Part shown: piece after piece, positions 56,028-64,000 of the stretch
How positions within the stretch are numbered: position 1 is the stretch's first letter
Layout: the number at the start of each line of letters is the position of its first letter
Assembly: GCA_000182565.2 (NCBI GenBank)
Contig: KQ257463.1
Source of the DNA: Spizellomyces punctatus DAOM BR117
Taxonomy: Eukaryota
Direction: 5' to 3' (one strand)
Length of the DNA: 64,000 nucleotides
Notes under the pieces: model-generated
Told to the model about the DNA's origin: nothing
The model's database searches: none
What the model saw: only the letters and a program-made list of their open reading frames with translations
Translations under genes and position numbers: made by a program

Positions 56028-57503
56028 ATGGATAGCATTACGACAGAACATCCCATAAAGTACGAAGATATTCCCTACGGCCTCGACCACCACACCGAGG
56101 CTTGGGAGCAGTACTTTCAACTTCCCCCTCCCACCTACAGTCAGGAATCATCCGCACCGTCGAGTCAAGAAGGGAAGAAGCGCACGCGACGCGTTCTTAA
56201 TCCGCAGCAGCAGCAAATCCTAGAAGACCTGTTCATTCATATCCCGAACCCTGACACGAAGCTGCGTGCAACCCTCGCCGCCCAGCTTAATCTTCCTGCG
56301 CGCAATATTCAAGTCTGGTTTCAAAACCGGAGAGCCAAATACCGGCGTCATACACTTGCCACCGAGGCTGACGAAAAAGAGTTTGCACAGATTGCCTCGG
56401 GCGAAGATACGGCAGCATCTGCCACAGAGAGCATGGATGAGAAATCCTCCGTTTCCCCACCTCTATCGGCAAAAGGTCGTCGCAGTCGCCGTGCTGCCTC
56501 TCGGCCGTACCAAACTGGTACGAGAGCAGGCGCAAAATCCGGCAAGGGGACCAAAACGATTCCGTACCCTAGTCCCAACATGTGTGATGCTTTCACGTAT
56601 GGTGTGTCTGGTGCCTTAATGTCATGCCATCCGCTTCACTATGACCGTCCTTCCGTGCTTGGCGTCGGCACTCCCACCGCCGATTGTGAGTGCATTCAGT
56701 ATGGTATGTTGATCCACCTGCTTTTCACGACGCTCTGCAATAAGTCGCCTAATGCTGAACTTGTTTTAGACCCGTATGTAGCAATGAGCCCAATAGATGA
56801 TACAGGATTTTTGCCCCAGGCGGCTTGCCTCTCTTCCTACTACATGCAGTACGGCTATATTCCTGATAGCCCACCTCTGGACAGCATCTCGCCTTTGCCA
56901 TTAGAGGAGAGCGAAGCCATCCAAATGGGGGACAATATTGTCGCATTGACAACCAGTCCACAGATGGAAACAGTCCATACGGCAAATGGCGTAGAGATGC
57001 AAGATTCTGAAGTGGATAATGTTCACCTTTCCGACCAGCATTCAAGATCAAGATCACCCGTTTGTCCTCCATCTGAGGACGGTAGCGCTGCTGCCGCCTC
57101 CCAACGGGCCGAATCGATGGTGCCAATGTTCAGTCAAGATTCTGCATTATGCGACTCCCCTAGTGCCGAGCAGTCTTCCGTCGACCCTGACGCGTACCTC
57201 CAAGCAATCTACGGAAACATGTCCGCACACGGCCATTATGACTGCCCGTCTATCTACCACAGCCCTGGTTATTTTATCGCCCCACAACCCAGTAATGCCG
57301 CCGCGCCACCTTGCGTCCTCACACGATCCCAAAGTTTCCACGAGTACGCTAACCCGGACATGCACCGACCCGCCGCACTTCGGCGGAGACACTCGATAGC
57401 CACGTTTGATCCTAGCGTTTCCACGTCATGGCCCGGGGTGGATATGAGCGCCTTGGACTTTGTCGATCCCAGCATGCCGCTTGCATACTACCCGTATCTA
57501 TAA
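56028..57503 (+). CDS. Homeodomain transcription factor (Q50)
   Basis: KKRTRRVLNPQQQQILEDLFIHIPNPDTKLRATLAAQLNLPARNIQVWFQNRRAKYRR. First ATG at 56028, a TATA-like ATAAATATAG at 55921, and a probable in-frame intron at 56704-56769. Confidence 0.92.
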   Translation: MDSITTEHPIKYEDIPYGLDHHTEAWEQYFQLPPPTYSQESSAPSSQEGKKRTRRVLNPQQQQILEDLFIHIPNPDTKLRATLAAQLNLPARNIQVWFQNRRAKYRRHTLATEADEKEFAQIASGEDTAASATESMDEKSSVSPPLSAKGRRSRRAASRPYQTGTRAGAKSGKGTKTIPYPSPNMCDAFTYGVSGALMSCHPLHYDRPSVLGVGTPTADCECIQYGMLIHLLFTTLCNKSPNAELVLDPYVAMSPIDDTGFLPQAACLSSYYMQYGYIPDSPPLDSISPLPLEESEAIQMGDNIVALTTSPQMETVHTANGVEMQDSEVDNVHLSDQHSRSRSPVCPPSEDGSAAAASQRAESMVPMFSQDSALCDSPSAEQSSVDPDAYLQAIYGNMSAHGHYDCPSIYHSPGYFIAPQPSNAAAPPCVLTRSQSFHEYANPDMHRPAALRRRHSIATFDPSVSTSWPGVDMSALDFVDPSMPLAYYPYL

Positions 57504-59249
57504 AACGGCATACATGCGTGTTTGTCTCTCAATGTACATAGAACGTCGCTCTACGAAAGCAGCATTTACAAGCGACAAAGTATTACCGCCCACTAGAAGA
57601 AGATTACATTCTCGAGACGGTCGCTCAGTTTTGTAGAAGTCCAGTAATGTGTTTTTTACTCTCTCCTTTTTTTTATTCCCCCCCTTCTCCCTTATTTATG
57701 AGTGGTGGAGTGAATTATTTGTAAATACTGTCGTGAACTACGAATGACGGTTTGGAAAAAGTCTAGATTCGTAGCCTCTTAGTTTTAGGGCTCCTTTAGT
57801 CCATCAAAGGTCACTGTTGACCTGAGACGTATGGTATAGGAAGTGTTGTCGTCAAATAGTTCTACTTTTACGTTGCTTTTTATAAATACAATTTGGTTTC
57901 AATGTATGTCGCCCTTCTTTTCTGGCTGATTGAACCAAACTACTGCAATCTTGACAACCAAATGCACGTCCAAGACGTTATTTCGAGTTATCCGCTTGAT
58001 GCTTTTGCCAAGACAACTTGGCGCTGGTCATCACTCTGCACGAACCAGCAGGGTTGTGTAGCTATTACGTGTTCCCGAGTATTCACACTCTACTCATCCT
58101 TGAACTGTATCGCGGACTTTTAAACACTTGAGCTCATCTGGCAGAATAACATGTGTTCCTGCCTCCTTTGCATGCATACACGGCGTTAAAGGTTGACTGC
58201 AAAAGCAGCGCTGGACAACCCAGGAACTCGCCATGTCATTCTTGGAGTGAACACTCATGGCGTAAGCATCCCGTCAGCAAAATTTTGCCAATAGAGGTTT
58301 GAAAGCGGACTACGCCCAAACGACGTAACGGTGTGATCATTAGCTCGCCAACAAATTTCAATTTGGAATTTACTCCTCGCAATGGAATCCTGCGCCATGG
58401 GAACAGTCTTGTGCTTGACATCATCCCGCAAGTGGAACACCACGTGTGGGAGACCGATGACGATATTCCACGCTGTCGGTGGATACGCTTGCCGTCCGCA
58501 ATGCATCGTTGTAGTTACCGAGGATTCCATGTCAAACCGTTTTATCGTAACGTTTCAATCCATGGCGCGGTGTTGCCAAGATTTGGTCAGCGACACTCAT
58601 CCAAATAAATCAACTTGAACAGCCCAGTCTGTCCTGATTCCATGAACTTTTGAAGCATCTAGCTATTTCATTCCATAATTGAAATCTCTGGGCACATATT
58701 AGAGATTGATGTCCTCTTCGCCCTACAATACAACGTTGAGCATATGAAAAAAGGACGGACAACAATGTATCCTGGTAATTAGTGACCAAATGTAGGTGCG
58801 ATAGCATGTAAAGTAGAATATTTTGAGCAAACACATCATTGAGTGACCGCATACACGAATAAAGTTATCCTAGCTATTCGAGGTCGCTTATTCAGCAAAG
58901 GAGCAATGTAGCCTTTTATGGTAAATTGCATCTGGTAACCCACCAACGACAAAGGTAACTGTCTTACAGCGGCTACGACATTGGTGAAGCAGCGGCTCGA
59001 CAAAACTCTTACAAGGAGAATCAAACAAGCAGGACGTTATCATCCGCTATGGCAACACTACCATTTTTGACACAACGGAATCGTACAGAAAATGAAACAA
59101 ACTTAAATGACATTTTGAGATACTATAGACACTGTAAATGTACAGATTTTGTGATGTTTTCAACTATCTGAGATACTATCCAATTGAAGTGGGAATGAAG
59201 AAGAAAATGTTAGTTATTCGTCTGAACCGACCAGTATCGTCATGACCGC

Positions 59250-60179
59250 TTAAACTTGTTCGTCCGGGGCCGCACTCCCCAAAAGTGGCTGCCTTTCGCC
59301 ACCGCCGATTCTCCGCTTGATAACTTGTGGCCTAAACGCGTAGAGGAGGACGATTATGCCCATAACCAGCGCGGAGATGCTGATAAACTTGCTCTGCTGG
59401 CCAGCAGCAACTCCAAAGAGCGCCCAGGCGATCGTAAAAGCACCAGGAATATCTCCAACGTCACGGTTTTTGAACTCTGTGTATGCCACAGCCGTTCCGG
59501 TCAATTGGAGCAAGACCAAAAAGACCAAAACACGGTGCAACAACGGAGGATGGGCAGGGTCGTGGACGGTTGTGAAGATCGCAAAGATGTTGAGCCACGT
59601 CACAAACACTAGCCAGCCGTGATAGAGAGAAATCGGAGCGTGAACAAAAAGGGATTGAGTATATGTCCTTGGCGGAATATTCCTGAGGTTGTGGTAAACA
59701 ATCGTAATTGAAGCTGAAGCGAAAAGAAGGATGAGGAGAGACAAGATCAGGTGGCCGGACTCCTACGAATATAATGGATGGTAAGCTAGCTTGCCATGTT
59801 GCGACCGAAAAGACAATACAAACCCAATTGTTATGCCAGAGCGATGTCAAAAGGCCCGCAATGATGAAATAGCTGCCGTAGCCCTCGACAACGATTTCTT
59901 CGCTGTCGCCCAGCCACTAAACGAGGTTCATGCACATTAAATCATGTATATGACAAAGTTTTGAGACATGGAGCACACCTGCCAAATGACGAACCCCAGA
60001 AACAGAGTGTGGATCAGTCCCCATATGGCAAATGCAAATGGAGCGGGTGTAAGATATGTAGGATGCTTCCCATAACCGATATCAGTTGCGTCAGGGCCCA
60101 CGACGTTGTAAATGGATGAAGACAAGAAGAAGAGATAAACAATGGTGTTTCCCAAACGGAGAAGAGTAGGATGTGCCAT
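59250..60179 (-). CDS. Multi-pass membrane protein of the conserved TPA..AF.IWG.I family (TspO/MBR-like), with a dileucine tail
   Basis: PTYLTPAPFAFAIWGLIH, SLYHGWL, IAWAL.GV, about eight hydrophobic segments and C-terminal ERQPLL. Confidence 0.75.
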
Positions 60180-60441
60180 CTTTGCAACGGCCGAGAGTCT
60201 TGTTTGCCAATGGGGGAGGCCTCGCTGGAAAAGACCGTCCTTTTAAAAACGATGAGCGGTTGGATGACGTCAGGTGCCGAGCAAGTCATCTGTACAAGTC
60301 ATGTGACATTGCGCGCGTGGTCCTTCCGGATAGCGCAGCAACCCAGGCAGCAACCACCTACGCAATTGCTCTTTGGCGCATTTTATCATTTTACTTGGTG
60401 ATCAGCAAGTGGACGTTTCCCAACTCGCCTGAAGCCTCCGC

Positions 60442-62055
60442 ATGGCCTCTCTCCTGCTACATATTCTTGACCGTCTCCGCAGAGAAAACCTACATGGCCC
60501 AACGTCACCATACCCAGCAACACGTCCTGCGCTTCGCAAACCGCATCAGCATTCTGTAGACTCACCAGACCACGACTCTTGGGTGCTCCTCGATGAGGAA
60601 TTCGGTGACCTAGATGCGAAGGACCCTAGGTATGTGTTGCTGGGTACGTAGATATACCAATGACATGTCCAAGCAGGTTTGGTCTAATATTGCGTGCCTG
60701 TCAATCCCTTCAGATGGTTTGAACTATTTGTAGAGTTTTTTGTGGAAGGGGGCGCCGAAGGAAATGATGATCTGCTATTCTTTGTTCGCCAAGGTGGAAG
60801 TGGACCCGAAACTACATCTGCAGATCAACAGCAACAGGATCCAATATTTGTGAGACGAAAGGTGGCAAATACTATGCCATCACTCGGTGACCTTGTAGAT
60901 TGGAAGCAAACCTTTTTTCTAAACCTTATTGTGCAACTACCCTGCACCCTTACGGTCGCTGTGTGTAAACGGGGAGCGAGTGGAGAGAGGAAGCGAAGCT
61001 TGTTGGCGGGTGAAGAAAGGATTGTGGTTGTAGGCGCAAACTCCAGTGGCTCAGGTGACAGTCCAGCTACAGACGCCACCACGCCGAGTCCGGTTGGAGG
61101 TGGGCTCGTTGTAGATGCAGAAAGTCCAGCAACTCCCAGTTCCCCATCTCCAAAATCCAAACCAAAGATGATTGCGATTCAGCGAATTCCAAAAACTGTT
61201 TACGCGGCGCCGTACAAATCTCGTATGGACGTAAAGGACGCCTTCATGAACGAATGCTCCTACCCCCTCGTGTACTACACTGTCAACGACTACGAATCTC
61301 ACGACCTGCACCTTTCTATCCGTGAAAAGGAATACTTGTGCGTGGAACTATCTGTCATTATACCCGACGAGTCAAAGAGTGATAGAGTCCGCAAATGGAC
61401 GACAACATCTGGCGCGGAGGCTGTCGCCGCGATATCGTTGGACGATGATTCTGCACCATTTCCAGTCCCGCGGGGATGTGCAAAGATTGTTCTGTTTCAA
61501 GGGGCCGTACCATACACTTCTCTGCTAGATATATATCAGCAGAAAGGCCTTGCAGCTCGAAACCAATTACGCTTGAGCTGGAAGAAACTGACGGATGGAG
61601 GTATTCAAGGCCGGAAAGGTAACGATTCACCTCCGCCAGAACGAACCGAATACATCATGATGCGGGGACCTCACGGGAAAGGCCAATGCCAAGTTGCTAT
61701 TAAAGACGACCTACCACCCCCTAACATTGAGACCGAAGGGTCCTCATCGTCCTCGTCACGAAAACCTTCGTCATTGACAGATAAGCTGTTCAAAATGGGC
61801 AGCGCCGTAAGAACACAGCTCGTTGCTGCTGCTGCGGCGAGTGTGTTGGGTGTGGATAGTGTTGGAAGCGATGCAGAAAAATTGAAGAAACCGGAGAGTT
61901 TGAGATGTTCCATGACATATGTAAATGTTCCATGGCAGTCTATTATCAGGCACGTTGTAATTGTTGATCATTTTCTTGAGAGCTGGATAATAACCCAAGT
62001 TCATTATAATAGCGATTTAGCAGATCATGCTAGCCGGCGGAGTGACAAGCGATAG
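60442..62055 (+). CDS. KIAA0930: KIAA0930 / DUF2045 family protein
   Basis: DDLLFFVR, VDWKQTFFLNLIVQ, VYAAP, SYPLVYYTVNDYE, E.LCVEL, LFQGAVPY, EYIMMRGPHGKG..QVA, MTYVNVPWQSI. Confidence 0.85.
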
Positions 62056-62219
62056 CTAGCTGATTGCCGAGTCCGATAACCGACGCCATTGGTGCCATAT
62101 ATATATATACGGGCGTTTTTCCCCGTCCGCCTTTGGTATGATACAATGAAACTGGTAATCGTACAGAACAGGAGATTCTGGAATCGAGGGTTCTGAGGAT
62201 TTGTTTATATTCATTTCTT

Positions 62220-62233
62220 ATTGCCATGGCAAC
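62220..62233. promoter_or_regulatory. RFX X-box-like element ATTGCCATGGCAAC
   Basis: 13 of 14 positions match GTTGCCATGGCAAC, about 330 bp upstream of the desaturase ATG. Confidence 0.45.
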
Positions 62234-62562
62234 AAACTAAGCCTTGTCTGCGCGCACGTTGTCTATTTATCCATTTTTGAATGGCCGCTGAAGTACTGCT
62301 AATAAGGTTTGGGGTTTGAAGCCCCCGTCGGTTTTCCTTTGCCGTTTTTTTTCATCTTTCATTTTGGGAGATTTGCATTGCGAGACGATTTCGAGATCAA
62401 GTCCTAGAGGGTTGTTCACCCTTCTTCTCCTTGCTCTCTTTTGAAGAGGTACCCCTCGCCTATGACGTAGAACGCGTCACACCGTGTCCATCGTCTAAAA
62501 ACGGTTTGTAGGTTTGTCCAGCTTTTGTCCCTCCCCAGGAATCCTTCTCCTCCCCGCATACC

Positions 62563-64000
62563 ATGTGCCATACAGGCAAGACGGCGACAGCCACGGCTGT
62601 AAGGCGGCACGCCATCTTTACTCGAAAGGAGATTGAGGACCGCGTTAAGCAGGGAGAGATTTTGGTCATTATCAACAGCAAGGTGTACAACTTGACCAAG
62701 TTTATCAACCACCATCCGGGTGGTGACTTGGCGATTTGGCATATGGCGGGTAAGTGCTGACGATACGCATAATGGTCTCTAGGGATCAATAAAGCTGTAT
62801 GATTGAATCAATGTGGTCACTTGCCTGACATGCTTTGACACTAGGCAAAGACGCAACGGACGCGGTCCTTGCGTACCATCCTGAACCAGTGATAGAGAAG
62901 CGTATGCCACATTTTTGCATCGGGGAGTTAGCACCGAATACTCAACATGCCAGCAAACTTTCTCTGGCGTATCGAAGACTGGATGCAAAGTTGAAAGCCG
63001 AAGGAATGTATGAAACAAATTACTGGTTTTACGTTCGTGAAGCCGTCAAAATGTTGGCAATCTGGTTTGCGATGATCGGACTAGTTGTCTGGGGTCCGCA
63101 GCACTGGATGACATACGCGGCGAGTGCATTGTTGGGTTCGACCTTGTGGCATCAAGCAGCGTTTGTAGCGCACGATGGTATGTTCTTCACTCAGACCAGA
63201 CACGGTATTGAATGGTAATAACATTCTCTTTGTGTTTCCAGCCGGCCACAGCGGAATAACACACGATGCCAAAACCGACATGATCCTTGGAATTTGCCTA
63301 GGAAACTTCCTTGGTGGACTCAGTCTTGGATGGTGGAAACACAACCACAATGTCCACCATATTGTCACAAACGACCCTTCACACGATCCCGACATTCAAC
63401 ACATGCCATTCTTTGCCATCTCTACCAAATTCTTTCAAAACCTCTATTCCACCTACTACAAACGCGTACTGAACTTTGACGCTGCCGCGCAATTCTTCAT
63501 ATCCATCCAACATCATCTCTTCTACCTTATCCTGTGCTTTGGCAGATTCAATCTCTACGTTCTCGGATGGTCATATGTCCTTCGCAAAGGCCCGGTTCCC
63601 CACCGAAAACTGGAAATTACATGCATGTCCCTATTCTGGGCATGGTTCATCCCGCTGCTGTCTTATTTACCTAATTGGAAATATCGCGTAGCCTACATTC
63701 TCTTGTCACACATGATGACCGTCTTTTTACACCTGCAAATTACGTTGAGCCATTTTGGAATGGAGGCTCAAGAGAATCCTCAGGACGATTTTGCGGCGAT
63801 GGCCTTGAAAACCACGATGGATGTCGAGTGTCCTATCTGGATGGATTGGTTCCATGGGGGATTACAAGTATGTTTTTTGTTTGCCTGGCATAAACTTATT
63901 TGTGTGTTTGAAATTGGTTTGACATTACATCTATCGATAGTTCCAAGTCGAGCATCACCTGTTTCCCCGCCTCCCTCGCCACAATCTCCGGAAGATCCGT
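62563..64000 (+). CDS. SLD1: Cytochrome b5-fusion desaturase, delta-8 sphingolipid desaturase type (3' end runs off the window)
   Basis: Cyt b5 motif HPGG...GKDATD, His boxes HDAGH and WWKHNHNVHHIVTN..HDPDIQH, QITLSHF, and WFHGGLQ|FQVEHHLFPRLPRHNLR. Confidence 0.88.

Noticed and set aside
55857-57503. Homeobox gene as a mating-type HD locus
   Set aside because: No divergent HD1 partner, HMG gene or pheromone/receptor gene is nearby.
57890-59030. Cluster of 60-90 aa ORFs as a pseudogene or transposon relic
   Set aside because: No transposase, RT or integrase motifs, no terminal repeats and no coherent frame.

Overview
Eukaryotic, intron-rich genomic DNA with about 22 protein-coding genes. 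Most introns are short GT-AG introns of about 55-95 nt. The gene content is fungal (Ste50-like SAM adaptor, Met2, Snx41, Sps19, Yak1, Dsd1, sphingolipid desaturase). It also includes genes typical of flagellated, early-diverging fungi (lebercilin, a MyTH4-FERM myosin, malonyl-CoA decarboxylase, KIAA0930), so a chytrid is inferred. I found no rRNA, tRNA, CRISPR array or transposon. Gene spans were assembled by hand from splice signals and include introns. The most unusual item is an orphan gene at 16598-19387 that, once spliced, gives three Cys/His zinc sites fused to a GNAT-like domain and lies head-to-head with MED18. Other leads are a G-tract in a 5'UTR intron of a four-RRM Gbp2/hnRNP M-like gene, a long structured DSD1 intron, a P-loop-variant Siw14 phosphatase, dual-targeted MLYCD and a GC-AG intron. 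Family calls come from motif recognition only; no database search was run.
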